A DNA stretch of 64,000 nt from a bacterium (GCA_035307565.1 DATGHZ010000040.1:14201-78200), one strand, 5' to 3'. Counted from the stretch's first letter, positions 1 to 9,463 are shown. Numbers and translations: made by a program. Notes: a model not told the origin generated them from the sequence alone.

Positions 1-230
1 CCCGACCCAAGGCCGTTGACGCGGACGAAGACAACGAGGCGTTCCGGCAGCGCACCCGCGAGCGCGCCGGCCACGACCCCGCGGGCGGCCGGTTTTTCCG
101 GGGCGGCGACCGCGTCCTCGAGGTCCAGAATGATGGCATCGGCCCCCGACGCGGCGGCCTTCGGGATCATGTCGCGGCGGTGCCCGGGAACGAACAGCAG
201 GCTCCGCAGGACCCAGGGGGGCTCGGCCAT
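1..230 (-). CDS. HpcH/HpaI aldolase / citrate lyase beta (CitE)-like protein, N-terminal part; gene runs off the left edge
   Basis: Own minus-strand translation from ATG 228-230: MAEPPWVLRSLLFVPGHRRDMIPKAAASGADAIILDLEDAVAAPEKPAARG... This carries the RSxLFVPG...DLEDAV signature of the CitE/malyl-CoA lyase family. Absent from the ORF track because there is no stop inside the window. Confidence 0.6.
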   Translation of the reverse strand, partial: MAEPPWVLRSLLFVPGHRRDMIPKAAASGADAIILDLEDAVAAPEKPAARGVVAGALAGALPERLVVFVRVNGLGS

Positions 231-253
231 CCCGGCCGGTGATGTGGTTGTGC

Positions 254-1654
254 TTAGAAGACGGCCGCGCCTAAGAAATGTCCAAGGTGCCCGATCCAGT
301 TCACCACTTCTTCGACGGGCGACCGTTCCGTGATCACATCGTCCGCGGCCACCAGAGGCGAAATCTGCATCACCTTTCCGCCGGAGGAGAACGCCACCTC
401 GCCGATCTGCTCGCCGCGACGGACCGGTGCGCTCACGTCCGCGGCGAGGGACACGATCCGGCCCACGGCCTCCCCGGGCGTCGTGTCGAGCGTGACGTCG
501 CCAGGCACCGTGCCCACGACCGTCTGCTTCGCCGAAGGCAGCTGTACTACGGCGAGGCGCTCGCCGGCGAGCGCGACCGTCTTGGGACGGAAATGGGCGA
601 ACCCGTACGACAGCAAACGGGATGAGTCACCCCACATGTCGTGGGTGTGCAGCACCACGGCGATCAAACGCCACCCGTCGCGCGTCGCCGATGCGACGAG
701 CGTGAGGCCCGATTCGTCCACGTAGCCGGTCTTGACCCCGTCCGCGCCGGGGAACCGGCTCAGCAGTTTGTTGTGGTTCGTGAGCACCCGCGCGCGGTAC
801 CCGGGCACCTGAAACATCCATCGCTTGGTGCGGACGATGTCGGCAATCGTGGGGTTGCGGAGCGCCGCCCGGGTGATCACGGTGAGGTCGTAGGCGGTCG
901 TGTAATTGTCGGGCGTGTAGAGGCCGTGGGGAGACCCGAAGTGGGTCTGCGTCGCCCCGAGCCGGCGGGCCTCGTCGTTCATGCGCGCGACGAATGCTGA
1001 GACGGTTCCCGCGGTGCCCTCGGCAATGGCGATCGCGACGTCGTTGCCTGAGGGCAGCAGCAGCGCGTACAAGAGGTCGTGCAGCGGAATGCGCGCGCCC
1101 TCAGGCAGTCCGACGACGGAGCCGTCCCGGAAATGTGCGGCGTTGGGACTGATCGTGATCGGTGTCGAGAGGGGCGTTGACTCCACCGCGACGAGCGCCG
1201 TCATGATCTTCGTGGTACTGGCCGGCGGCCAAATCAGATGCGCGTTGCGATCGTACAACACCTGGCCCGAACGGCCGTCCACGAGGATCGCGGCGGTCGC
1301 GGTGATCCGGACCGGCGTCGTCGCGGTCAGCGAGTGGCGGATCGACGGCACGTCCCACGGCCGGTACGCGGGCTCACTGGACGGCCGAACAACCGGCGGC
1401 AGAACCGCCTGCGGAATCCGCCGCAGGCCCCGCGCAGACCCCGCCGCTGGGACGCGACCCGGCAACCCGGCGACCAGCGGCATACCGTCGCGCTCTACAG
1501 ACGCGGCCGTCACCCCGAGCACGAGGGCCGCGCTCACCGCAAGCGCCGCGGCCCGCCGCAACGCGGCGGCGGCCGCCGGCACGGGCGGCAGTACCCGGGG
1601 CGTCAGGTTACGACGCTGCGGACGGTAGAGTCGGTGGTCCGTCATGGTGCGCAC
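254..1654 (-). CDS. dacB: D-alanyl-D-alanine carboxypeptidase (peptidase S11, PBP5 type)
   Basis: SxxK (ASTTKIMT), SxN (PSGNDV) and KTG (GVKTGY) motifs. N-terminal hydrophobic signal/anchor. Sits after scpB as in B. subtilis scpA-scpB-...-dacB. Start is GTG 1654 or ATG 1645. Confidence 0.85.
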   Translation of the reverse strand: MRTMTDHRLYRPQRRNLTPRVLPPVPAAAAALRRAAALAVSAALVLGVTAASVERDGMPLVAGLPGRVPAAGSARGLRRIPQAVLPPVVRPSSEPAYRPWDVPSIRHSLTATTPVRITATAAILVDGRSGQVLYDRNAHLIWPPASTTKIMTALVAVESTPLSTPITISPNAAHFRDGSVVGLPEGARIPLHDLLYALLLPSGNDVAIAIAEGTAGTVSAFVARMNDEARRLGATQTHFGSPHGLYTPDNYTTAYDLTVITRAALRNPTIADIVRTKRWMFQVPGYRARVLTNHNKLLSRFPGADGVKTGYVDESGLTLVASATRDGWRLIAVVLHTHDMWGDSSRLLSYGFAHFRPKTVALAGERLAVVQLPSAKQTVVGTVPGDVTLDTTPGEAVGRIVSLAADVSAPVRRGEQIGEVAFSSGGKVMQISPLVAADDVITERSPVEEVVNWIGHLGHFLGAAVF

Positions 1655-2306
1655 GGCTCGGCAACGAGGCGAGATCTCGCAGACCGAAATGCCGTAAGAA
1701 TCCCTCCGTGGTCCCGTACAGAATCGGCCGTCCGGGGCCGGGACGCCGGCCTACCTCCCGGATCAGCCGGCGGTCCTGCAATTTTAGCAAATGGTGTACC
1801 GATTGCACGCCCCGCACCGCGTCGACCTCGGCGCGCGTGACGGGCTGACGGTAGGCGACAATCGCGAGCACCTCGACCGTCGCGCGCGTCAGCGGGTCCG
1901 CGTCCCCCAGCCGCAGCAGCCGCTGCACGTGGCCCCCGTATTCCGGCCTCGTGCAGAGCTGATAGCCCCCGGCGACTTCTTGGATTTGCAGGCCGCGTCC
2001 TCCATATTCCACGGCGAGCGCGGCGAGCGTCGCCCGAATTTCGGCCTCGGCGACGTCTATCACCTTCTTGATTTCCCCGATCTTTAGGATGCCCCCGCGC
2101 GCCAGCAGTAGACATTCGATGATGTTGCGTATCTCGCCCGGCCGGCAGGGGTCGGCCGCGGGGCCTTCGGCCGGCGGCTCCTCCAGGGAGGGGCGCTCGA
2201 CGGACGCCCGACCCGGGGCTGGCACGCCCGGGGTCTCCGCCACCGGCAGCCGGGCCGCGGTCGCCCGCCGGGCAAACCCGTTCGTGTGCCCTGCTCCGTC
2301 GCTCAT
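1608..2306 (-). CDS. scpB: segregation and condensation protein B, with about 57 aa Pro/Ala-rich N-terminal extension
   Basis: IIECLLLARGGILKIGEIKKVI... winged-helix ScpB pattern. ATG overlaps the scpA stop (ATGA at 2303-2306). Confidence 0.85.
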   Translation of the reverse strand: MSDGAGHTNGFARRATAARLPVAETPGVPAPGRASVERPSLEEPPAEGPAADPCRPGEIRNIIECLLLARGGILKIGEIKKVIDVAEAEIRATLAALAVEYGGRGLQIQEVAGGYQLCTRPEYGGHVQRLLRLGDADPLTRATVEVLAIVAYRQPVTRAEVDAVRGVQSVHHLLKLQDRRLIREVGRRPGPGRPILYGTTEGFLRHFGLRDLASLPSRAHHDGPPTLPSAAS

Positions 2307-3079
2307 CGCGCGTCCACCAACACGATTTCGATTTCGTCGAAGGCTTTCGACTGCCGCGCGCGGATGCGGCGCGATTTGATGAGTTCGAGCAGCGCGAGAA
2401 ACGTGACGATGATTTCCAGCCGGCTCGCGCCCGTCCGGAACAGCGTGCCGAACAGGACGGTGCCTCCGGCGACGTCGAGCGCCTGGACGACGGCCGTCAT
2501 CTTCTGCTCGACCGTGAACTCCTCGCCCGCGATCTCGGTGGGGGCGTTTTCGGCGCGGTGCAGCACCTGCGTGAACGCGGTGAAGAGGTCTTCGAGCGTG
2601 ACGCCGTCCAGCAGGACTTCGTCCCCGAGGTCGGCCGCCGCCGCGGGATGCCCGAAGATGTTGCTTTGAATGTGCTCCAGATGCCGCAGCGCCTGCGCGG
2701 CCTCGCGAAACTGCAGGTACTCGGCCATCTGTGCCCCGAGCCGGTCCCGCAGGTCGCCGGCCGGCTCTTCCGCGGCCGGCGGGGCTTCGGCCGGGGGCGG
2801 GCTCGGCACCAGGGTGCGGGCTTTCAGATCCGCCAGCACGGCGAAGTGCACAAGCGCATCTGTGGCTTCGTCAAGATTCGGGCCGCCGCGGGACTGCTCT
2901 TGGCGGTAGGCCTCGGCGAGCGACCCGAGCGGAACGCGGGAGAGATCGATCTGACCACGGTGGGCAAGACTGACGAGCAGATCGAGAGGGCCGTCAAAGA
3001 CCTCGCACTGCACGTGGTGGGCCACCTCTGCTCCTCCATCCGCTGCTGCGATGAGTCGGTGCTGGGTCCTCTGCTGCAT
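2303..3079 (-). CDS. scpA: segregation and condensation protein A (kleisin)
   Basis: FDGPLDLLVSLAHRGQIDLSRVPL and C-terminal LEIIVTFLALLELIK motifs typical of ScpA. Confidence 0.85.
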   Translation of the reverse strand: MQQRTQHRLIAAADGGAEVAHHVQCEVFDGPLDLLVSLAHRGQIDLSRVPLGSLAEAYRQEQSRGGPNLDEATDALVHFAVLADLKARTLVPSPPPAEAPPAAEEPAGDLRDRLGAQMAEYLQFREAAQALRHLEHIQSNIFGHPAAAADLGDEVLLDGVTLEDLFTAFTQVLHRAENAPTEIAGEEFTVEQKMTAVVQALDVAGGTVLFGTLFRTGASRLEIIVTFLALLELIKSRRIRARQSKAFDEIEIVLVDAR

Positions 3080-3231
3080 CGAAAAGACACGTTGGCAACC
3101 CCGAGCAGTGGTCCCGGCCTATGTTCGAGATACCCCCTGGCGTTCCTTCTCCGGACACGCGCGGAGCCCGCCGCGCGTTGACACCCGCGCGGTCCGTCCC
3201 TGCGCGGCGGCGGCCGGGCCGGGAGTGTTAG

Positions 3232-3855
3232 TTAGAGTCCCGGAAGACCGCCGGTCGACGCGTGGTACAACCAGCGCGCCGCGGGCAGCATCACGCGGCC
3301 CACGACGCCCGTGTACAAGAGCATCAGGAGCAACAGCGTGCCGTAGGGCTGGAGGCGATGATACGCCAGCGCCTGCCGCCCGACCAAGAGCGCCTCGAGG
3401 ATGCGGGAGCCGTCGAGCGGCGGAATCGGAATCAGGTTGAAGAGGGCGAGGATCACGTTGATCCAGATCAGCGTCGACAGCGCGGCGCCGGCGATGGGGT
3501 CGGACGGCAGCCACGGGGCTTTCAGGAGAGCGCCTACGAGGAACGCCAGCGTGACGTTAGCGAGAGGGCCCGCGAGCGCGACCTGCAGCATACCGCGCCG
3601 CGGATCGGTGAAGTTGCGGGGATTGACCGGCACCGGCCGCGCCCAACCGAAGCCGAAGACCACGAAGAACAGCGTGCCGAGCAGGTCCAGGTGGACCAGC
3701 GGGTTGAGACTCAGACGTCCGAGGTTGCGCGGTGTGGGATCGCCGAGCCGGTCCGCCACCACCGCGTGCGCGAATTCATGGACGGTCGCCGCCACAATCA
3801 CCGCCGCCAGCGTGATGGCAAGGGCCAGCGGATCGAACCTGCCGAATCCGAGCAT
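3232..3855 (-). CDS. site-2 protease family (peptidase M50) membrane metalloprotease
   Basis: HEFAH (HExxH) in a TM helix plus the NLIPIPPLDGS motif; multi-pass hydrophobic profile. Confidence 0.8.
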   Translation of the reverse strand: MLGFGRFDPLALAITLAAVIVAATVHEFAHAVVADRLGDPTPRNLGRLSLNPLVHLDLLGTLFFVVFGFGWARPVPVNPRNFTDPRRGMLQVALAGPLANVTLAFLVGALLKAPWLPSDPIAGAALSTLIWINVILALFNLIPIPPLDGSRILEALLVGRQALAYHRLQPYGTLLLLMLLYTGVVGRVMLPAARWLYHASTGGLPGL

Positions 3856-3882
3856 CGGCGGCGCGCGCGGGGGTGCCGGCTG

Positions 3883-5265
3883 CTACGCCGTCGACGGGGT
3901 GTCCCCGGCAGACGCCCGGAGGCCCTCGTCCGGGAACGAAACGTCCCGTGCCAGCAGGTCGTCGATCGTTTCGCCTGTGACGACGACCCTCGCGCGGCCG
4001 CCGCGCACGGAGACGATCGGGGGTCGCGGATAGCGGTTGTAGTTGCCGGCCATCGAGTAGTTGTACGCGCCGGTGCTGAAGACCGCCAGCAGCTCTCCCG
4101 CGCGAGGCTTCGGCAGCCGCGATTCCCAGATGAGGACATCTCCCGATTCGCAGCAGCGGCCGGCCAGCGTAACGGTCTCGGCCGGCGGCTGGTCCAGGCG
4201 GTCCGCCAGCACCGCGTGGTAGCGTGCCTGGTACAGAGCCGGCCGGGGATTTTCGTACATGCCGCCGTCCACGGAGACGTAGGTGCGGATCCCCGCGATT
4301 TGCTTGACCGCGCCGACAGTGTAGAGCGTAACCCCGGCGTCGCCGACGATGGAGCGGCCGGGTTCCACCATGAGCAGCGGCAGGGGAAGCCGGTGTTCCT
4401 CCGCCCGCCGCCGGACCACGCCGGCGAGGGCTTCGACGTACGACTCGATCGACGGGGGCTCGTCGCTGGGCAGGTAGCGGATGCCGAGACCGCCGCCCAA
4501 GTCGAGTTCGTCGACCGGCGCACGGTGGTCCCGCGCCATCCAGGCGGCGAACTCCATCATCGCCTCGGCGGCACGCACGAACGGATCGAGGTCCATCACC
4601 TGGGAACCGATGTGACAATGCAGGCCGCGCAGACGCACACGGGGTGTGTCGCGCGTACGCGCGACGGCCTCCCGGGCCGTGCCATCGACCATGCCGAAGC
4701 CGAACTTGCTGTCCACACCGCCGGTCTGAATGGCCTGATGCGTGTGGGGTTCGATGCCCGGCGTCAGGCGCAGCAGAACGTCCGCCGTCCGGCCGGTGCG
4801 CGCGGTCAGCGTCTCCAACAGGTCCAGATCGTAGAAATTGTCCACGACGATCCGGCCGGCCCCGCGCTCGAGTGCAAGCTGCACTTCGTCGGGCGTCTTA
4901 TTGCTGCCGTGCAGGAGGAGATGCGCGGCCGGGACTCCCGCGCGGAGTGCCGTGTGGATTTCGCCGGCGGACACGACGTCGACAGCCAGGCCTTCGTGGT
5001 AGGCCAGGCGGCATGTGCCCATGCAGCACAGCGCCTTGCTGGCAAAAACCGCTCGCCCGCGTGGATACGCGGCCTGAAGCGCCCGCACATACGCGCGGCA
5101 GTTCGCACGGACACGGTCCTCGTCCATGACGTACACGGGCGTGCCGTACTCTTGGGCCAGGTCGGCGGCAAGGACTCCGCCCAGGGCAAGCCGCCCCTGT
5201 CGCGCCTCGCCCAGCAGCACGTCTTGACCCGTGGCCGCCGATACCGCATCCACGCCGGTCTTCAC
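3883..5265 (-). CDS. lysA: diaminopimelate decarboxylase
   Basis: Full-length PLP fold-III decarboxylase pattern (YVMDEDRVRANCRAY, HCHIGSQ, ESGD). GTG start at 5265; the start is uncertain. Confidence 0.9.
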   Translation of the reverse strand: MKTGVDAVSAATGQDVLLGEARQGRLALGGVLAADLAQEYGTPVYVMDEDRVRANCRAYVRALQAAYPRGRAVFASKALCCMGTCRLAYHEGLAVDVVSAGEIHTALRAGVPAAHLLLHGSNKTPDEVQLALERGAGRIVVDNFYDLDLLETLTARTGRTADVLLRLTPGIEPHTHQAIQTGGVDSKFGFGMVDGTAREAVARTRDTPRVRLRGLHCHIGSQVMDLDPFVRAAEAMMEFAAWMARDHRAPVDELDLGGGLGIRYLPSDEPPSIESYVEALAGVVRRRAEEHRLPLPLLMVEPGRSIVGDAGVTLYTVGAVKQIAGIRTYVSVDGGMYENPRPALYQARYHAVLADRLDQPPAETVTLAGRCCESGDVLIWESRLPKPRAGELLAVFSTGAYNYSMAGNYNRYPRPPIVSVRGGRARVVVTGETIDDLLARDVSFPDEGLRASAGDTPSTA

Positions 5266-5380
5266 CCCTGTTCGCCTGCCCTCGTCACCCTTCGATATGC
5301 GACGGCCGGCCCCAGTAGACCCGGGCCGGCGACGCCACCGTCACGGTATCACGCGCCGCGACGGCGTGTCAAACGACCGA

Positions 5381-5438
5381 ATCAACTCACGTAAGATCTT
5401 ACCGGGGCACCCATCGTCAACTCATCGAAAATCTTACC
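5381..5438 (+). repeat. left subterminal repeat pair of the IS remnant
   Basis: TCAACTCACGTAAGATCTTACC (5382-5403) and TCAACTCATCGAAAATCTTACC (5417-5438), spaced 35-36 nt apart. The core GTAAGATCTTAC is palindromic. Confidence 0.7.
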
Positions 5439-5473
5439 GACGCCGCACCCACGCTCCGCCCCCGGAGGCGCCG

Positions 5474-6019
5474 GTGACGCGCACCTCTCGTCGCGACTAC
5501 GCCAACGCTGTGCGACCGCGCTGTCGCCAGGCATCGCGCGCCGCGAAGGCCCGTACCTTAGACGAATTCTGCGCCACGACCCGGTACCATCGCAAGTACG
5601 CGATCACCCTCCTGACCGCCCCGGCCCCACCTTCGCCAACAAGCCGCCATCGGCCATCGACGTACCGCCCCTCCACCATCACGACGCTTGCCACGATTTG
5701 GGAAGCGGCAGGCTATCCGTGGTCGGCGCGTCTCAAGGCGTTGCTACCCTTGTGGCTACCGTGGGCCAAGCAACACCTGGCTATCTCGCCCCACGTGGAG
5801 CAGCAACTCCGTGCGATTAGCCCCAGCACCATCGATCGCCGCCTGAAGGGCCGAAAGCGGCGACTCAAGCGCCGCCTCTACGGCCGCACAAAGCCCGGGA
5901 CCCTACTGAAGCATCACATCCCCATTAAGACCGACCACTTGGACGTGACGACGCCGGGGTTTATCGAAATGGATCTGGTCTCCCACTCCGGCAACTCGGC
6001 GGAGGGCGACTTCTTGTAA
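5474..6019 (+). pseudogene. truncated DDE/rve-type transposase (N-terminal HTH region only, 181 codons)
   Basis: GGAGG then GTG 5474. Sequence runs RRDYANAVRPRCRQASRAAKARTLDEFCATTRYHRKYAITLL...KPGTLLKHHIPIKTDHLDVTTPGFIEMDLVSHSGNSAEGDFL-stop. It ends just as the catalytic core should begin (the first Asp region, EMDLV). Remembered full-length relatives are more than twice as long. Confidence 0.65.
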
Positions 6020-6073
6020 CAACATGTTCTTCCCACGATCCCCTGGCAGCCGCAGCGCCGAGCTGCGGCCGCT

Positions 6074-6133
6074 GGTAAGATCTTAAATGACAAGATGAAC
6101 CCTACTCAGGTAAGGTTCTTAGATGATTTGACA
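6074..6133 (+). repeat. right subterminal repeat pair of the IS remnant (inverted copies of the left pair)
   Basis: GGTAAGATCTTAAATGACAAGA (6074-6095) and GGTAAGGTTCTTAGATGATTTGA (6109-6131). Both resemble the reverse complement of the left repeats, and the 35-nt spacing mirrors the left end. Confidence 0.65.
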
Positions 6134-6242
6134 GGACGACGGCGGCGGTGGTGCGGCTGCAAGGTCCTCGCACATGAAATACAGCTGGTGCCTGTCGTTG
6201 TGGCTGTACACGACGACATGCGCACCGAAAATCATCGCGTGT

Positions 6243-7418
6243 CTAGAGGCGTTCGACCGCGAGGCTTACCGCCTCGCCCCCGCCGAGACACACCGCGGCA
6301 ACCCCGCGCCGTGCCCCGCGCTCGGCCATCGCGTTGAGGAGCGTGACGAGGATTCTCGCCCCGCTCGCCCCCACCGGGTGGCCCAGGGCGACCGCGCCGC
6401 CGTGCACGTTGACGCGCTCCAGGTCGATGCCGACCTCGCGCGTGACCGCCAGCACGACCGCGGCGTACGCTTCGTTGATTTCGTAGAGGTCGACGTCGTC
6501 CTTCGACCACCCAACGCGCGCGAGCAATTTCTGGATCGCGCCGGCCGGCGCGATCGTGAACCATTCCGGGGCGCGGGCCGAGACCGCCTGGCCCACCACG
6601 CGCGCGAGCGGCCGGGTCCCGACCTTGCGCGCCGCCTCCGCGGACGCGAGCACCAGCGCGGCGCCCCCATCGCTGATCGATGACGCGTTGGCGACCGTAA
6701 CGGTGCCGTTCGGCTCGAACACCGGCGGCAGAGACGCCACCTTGTTGGCGAGGAAACGGCGCGGCTCCTCATCTTCGGCGACCGTCGTGGGCGCGCGGCC
6801 GTTCGACACCTGAACCGGGATGGTTTCCCGCCGGAAGTGTCCTGAATCGAGCGCCTCCAGCGCGCGGGTGTACGACCGCCGGGCATACTCGTCCTGCGCT
6901 TCGCGGGAGATCCGGTACTCGCGCGCCAGCAGTTCGCAGCAGTTGCCCATGTGTTGATCGGTGTAGGCCTCCCACAGGCCGTCGCGGATCATCGAGTCGA
7001 CAAGCTGGCCGTGGCCGAGGCGGTATCCGGTGCGCGCACGGTCCAGGAGATAGGGCGCCGCGCTCATGTTCTCCATGCCGCCGGCCACGACGACCTCCGC
7101 ATCCCCGGTCTGGATCGCCTGCGTTCCGAGCATGACGGCCTTGAGGCCCGACCCGCACATCTTGTTGACCGTCGTCGCCGGCACGGTGTTCGGCAGCCCG
7201 GCGTAGATCGATGCCTGGCGCGCCGGGGCCTGCCCGACGCCGGCCGCGAGGATGATGCCCATATACACTTCGTCGACGCGCTCCGCGGGAACCGCCGCGC
7301 GCCGCACCGCCTCCGCAATCGCCGCCGCGCCCAGCCGCGGCGCCGGCACCGGGGCGAGGCCGCCCTGGAACCGGCCGATCGGCGTGCGCACTCCGCTCAG
7401 GATCACGACCTCAGGCAT
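6243..7418 (-). CDS. acetyl-CoA C-acetyltransferase (thiolase II)
   Basis: [20 protein letters not shown], active-site [12 protein letters not shown]-terminal [11 protein letters not shown] and CLGGGEAV motifs. GAGGTG ribosome-binding site upstream. Confidence 0.9.
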   Translation of the reverse strand: MPEVVILSGVRTPIGRFQGGLAPVPAPRLGAAAIAEAVRRAAVPAERVDEVYMGIILAAGVGQAPARQASIYAGLPNTVPATTVNKMCGSGLKAVMLGTQAIQTGDAEVVVAGGMENMSAAPYLLDRARTGYRLGHGQLVDSMIRDGLWEAYTDQHMGNCCELLAREYRISREAQDEYARRSYTRALEALDSGHFRRETIPVQVSNGRAPTTVAEDEEPRRFLANKVASLPPVFEPNGTVTVANASSISDGGAALVLASAEAARKVGTRPLARVVGQAVSARAPEWFTIAPAGAIQKLLARVGWSKDDVDLYEINEAYAAVVLAVTREVGIDLERVNVHGGAVALGHPVGASGARILVTLLNAMAERGARRGVAAVCLGGGEAVSLAVERL

Positions 7419-7544
7419 TGCTGCACCTCAACCCCACCGGGCCTCCACGGTCTGCCATCGACCGGGGTAAAGATTATGGCGCATCGTCTTGTCTTGCTCT
7501 CCCGCCCCGTCGCCAAAGGACGGACTGCCAAAGGAGGACGACCT

Positions 7545-7697
7545 GTGCCGCACGACACGGTCATCACGGTCGCACGGCTCTCACCGCTCATCGCGCTCAT
7601 CGCGGGCATCCTGATCCTCATGATCCCGCGCCTGCTCAACTTCATTGTCGCGATCTATCTCATCGTGGTTGGATTGATCGGCCTCTTCGGGCGATAA
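7545..7697 (+). CDS. DUF3096-like small membrane protein (50 aa)
   Basis: AAGGAGG (7531-7537) then GTG 7545. LSPLIALIAGILILMIPRLLNFIVAIYLIVVGLIGLFGR matches the remembered DUF3096 two-helix pattern. The upstream part of track ORF 6951..7697 is antisense to thiolase. Confidence 0.6.
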   Translation: MPHDTVITVARLSPLIALIAGILILMIPRLLNFIVAIYLIVVGLIGLFGR

Positions 7698-8519
7698 CGG
7701 CGCCGTCCGCGCGACCATGCCCGCGGCGGCGCCGGCGCCGCGCTCCACCCGCCGGGCCGTGACGAAGAACCCGGTGTGCGCGACCATGCGGTGGGCCGGC
7801 CGGACACTCCGGCCGTCGACGTTCCACGGCCGCAGCAGCACTTCGGCCGTCTCGATGAGCGCGAACGTGCCGGCCCCGGTCAGGGCGTCGACGACCTGCA
7901 TCACCTGCGGCACAGTCGGCAGATAGGCGAGAAAAATCCCGCCCATCACGAGCGCACGCTCCGCCGCCGGCACCACGCGCCACGGCTCGGGAAGATCGAG
8001 CAGCATCCGGTCGACCGGCGTGTCGTCCGGCAGAATCCCTTCCCCGAGATCCCGGCGGCGGAGCACGAGCGACGGAGTCTCGCCGAGGTAGCGCGCGATG
8101 TTGCGCCCGGCGACGCGGGCGAAGTCCTCGCGTACCTCGTAACTGGTGACGCGACCCTGCGGTCCCGCGGCACGGACGAGCGCCATCGTGAGGGCGCCGG
8201 ACCCGGTCCCTGCCTCGAGCACGCGCGCGCCGGGGAAAATATCCGCGGCAAGGACGATTGCTCCGAGGTCTTTCGGATACACGACCTGAGCGCCCCGCGG
8301 CATCTCAAGCACGAACTCGCCGAGGGTCGGCCGCAGCACCAGAAACCGTTCACCCCGCGTCGAGCGGATGGTGCCGCCCTCTTCGTGGTCCAGGAGGTCG
8401 TCGTGCACGACGCGCCCGCCGCGGAGATCACTCGACCCGCCGCGCCGCAGTGTGATGAGGTAGCGCCGGCGCCGGCGATCATATAACAGGACCGGATCGC
8501 CCTCGCCGAAGACCCTCAC
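7581..8519 (-). CDS. trmI: tRNA (adenine58-N1)-methyltransferase
   Basis: GCD14/TrmI pattern: N-terminal beta domain (FGEGDPVLLYD...YLITL), SAM motif VLEAGTGSGALT, DLPEPW. GTG overlaps the ttuA stop (GTGA at 8516-8519). The roughly 45 aa acidic tail is antisense to DUF3096. Confidence 0.8.
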   Translation of the reverse strand: MRVFGEGDPVLLYDRRRRRYLITLRRGGSSDLRGGRVVHDDLLDHEEGGTIRSTRGERFLVLRPTLGEFVLEMPRGAQVVYPKDLGAIVLAADIFPGARVLEAGTGSGALTMALVRAAGPQGRVTSYEVREDFARVAGRNIARYLGETPSLVLRRRDLGEGILPDDTPVDRMLLDLPEPWRVVPAAERALVMGGIFLAYLPTVPQVMQVVDALTGAGTFALIETAEVLLRPWNVDGRSVRPAHRMVAHTGFFVTARRVERGAGAAAGMVARTAPLSPEEADQSNHDEIDRDNEVEQARDHEDQDARDERDER

Positions 8520-9463
8520 GCCGGAGATGTGGTGACCCGCGCCCCGCCCGCGCGCCGGAGCCGCATGCGCTCCGCGGCGCGCTCCGTCATGCGGCAGAAG
8601 GCGCAGACCTCCCCGGTGGTCGGCTGCCCGCAGTGCAGGCAGGCCCGCAGATCGACCGGCTCGCGACCCTGAACAAGCGGGCGGCCGTGCTCGAGGAAAC
8701 CCCAGTAGAGGCTCTGCTTCGTCCCGGGCGCCGCCTGCTCGAGCACGTTGAGCGCTTCCTTATATAGGAGGCTTCGCGCGCCGACGCTGTTGGGACACTC
8801 GTCCACGATGTAGTCGATGCCGCGGATGATCGCGTAGGCCGCGGTCTCCCGCTCCGCGATGCGGAAGAACGGCTTCACCTTCTTGACCAGCGTCGGATGG
8901 GTACTCTCGAGCACCGGCGCCTGCCGGGCGAGATACTCGGTCTGCCAGTGGAGCAGGTTGCCGAGCAGGACCGCGGCCTCGTCGTCCAGGTTGTGGCCGG
9001 TGGCGACCGCCGCGAACCCGCCGTCGCGGGCGACCTTGTTGAACAGGTAGCGCTTGCTGAGCCCGCACGCCGAGCACGCGACGCGGTGGGTGGCGCGCGC
9101 CAATTCCTCGACGTTCATGCCGTACTCGCCGGGAATGTCCGCCAGCAGGAGTTCCGCGTTCGCGGCTTCGGCGTACGCGAGGGTTTTGCGCTGCGATTCG
9201 GCCGAATACTCGCCGATGCCGAGGTTGATGTAGAGACCAGTGGTCGGATAGCCGAGGCGCCGCAGGACGTCCCACAGCGCGAGACTGTCCTTGCCGCCCG
9301 AGACGGCCACGAGCACCCGGTCCTCCGGCGTGAACATCCGCTCGTGCTCGATCGCCCGGGCGACCTGCCGTTCGAAGAACTCCAAGAAATGCTCGCTGCA
9401 GAAGGCCGTGTGGTGCCGGCGGATTTCCACAGCCGCATCCGCGGCGCATTTGCGGCAGCGCAT
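8516..9463 (-). CDS. ttuA: tRNA-5-methyluridine54 2-sulfurtransferase (PP-loop ATPase with Zn fingers)
   Basis: N-terminal CxxC...C..H, PP-loop SGGKDS, central CSACGLSKRY, C-terminal CLHCG...CAFCR. Collinear with the remembered Thermus thermophilus TtuA sequence. Confidence 0.85.
   Translation of the reverse strand: MRCRKCAADAAVEIRRHHTAFCSEHFLEFFERQVARAIEHERMFTPEDRVLVAVSGGKDSLALWDVLRRLGYPTTGLYINLGIGEYSAESQRKTLAYAEAANAELLLADIPGEYGMNVEELARATHRVACSACGLSKRYLFNKVARDGGFAAVATGHNLDDEAAVLLGNLLHWQTEYLARQAPVLESTHPTLVKKVKPFFRIAERETAAYAIIRGIDYIVDECPNSVGARSLLYKEALNVLEQAAPGTKQSLYWGFLEHGRPLVQGREPVDLRACLHCGQPTTGEVCAFCRMTERAAERMRLRRAGGARVTTSPA

Larger units (their letters stand above)
5367..6133 (+). mobile_element. 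internally deleted (non-autonomous) IS remnant with both ends retained
   Basis: Outer ends are inverted TGTCAAA (5367-5373) and TTTGACA (6127-6133). Two subterminal repeats sit at each end in inverted orientation. The element encloses only the N-terminal 181 codons of a transposase. The right portion (6020-6135) is visibly AT-richer than its surroundings. Confidence 0.6.

Noticed and set aside
16-333. 105-aa plus-strand ORF at the left edge
   Set aside because: The minus strand of the same DNA encodes a convincing CitE/HpcH N-terminus (LFVPG...DLEDAV). The plus-strand product is Ala/Arg/Ser low complexity.
3262-5394. 710-aa plus-strand ORF
   Set aside because: Antisense to the M50 protease and lysA. 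Arg/Glu/Gly-rich composition with no motifs.
6135-6242. Possible terminator or small ORF (MKYSWCLSLWLYTTTC...) between the IS remnant and the thiolase stop
   Set aside because: Only a weak 5-bp stem was found. The ORF continues as an antisense artefact across the thiolase gene and has no ribosome-binding site.
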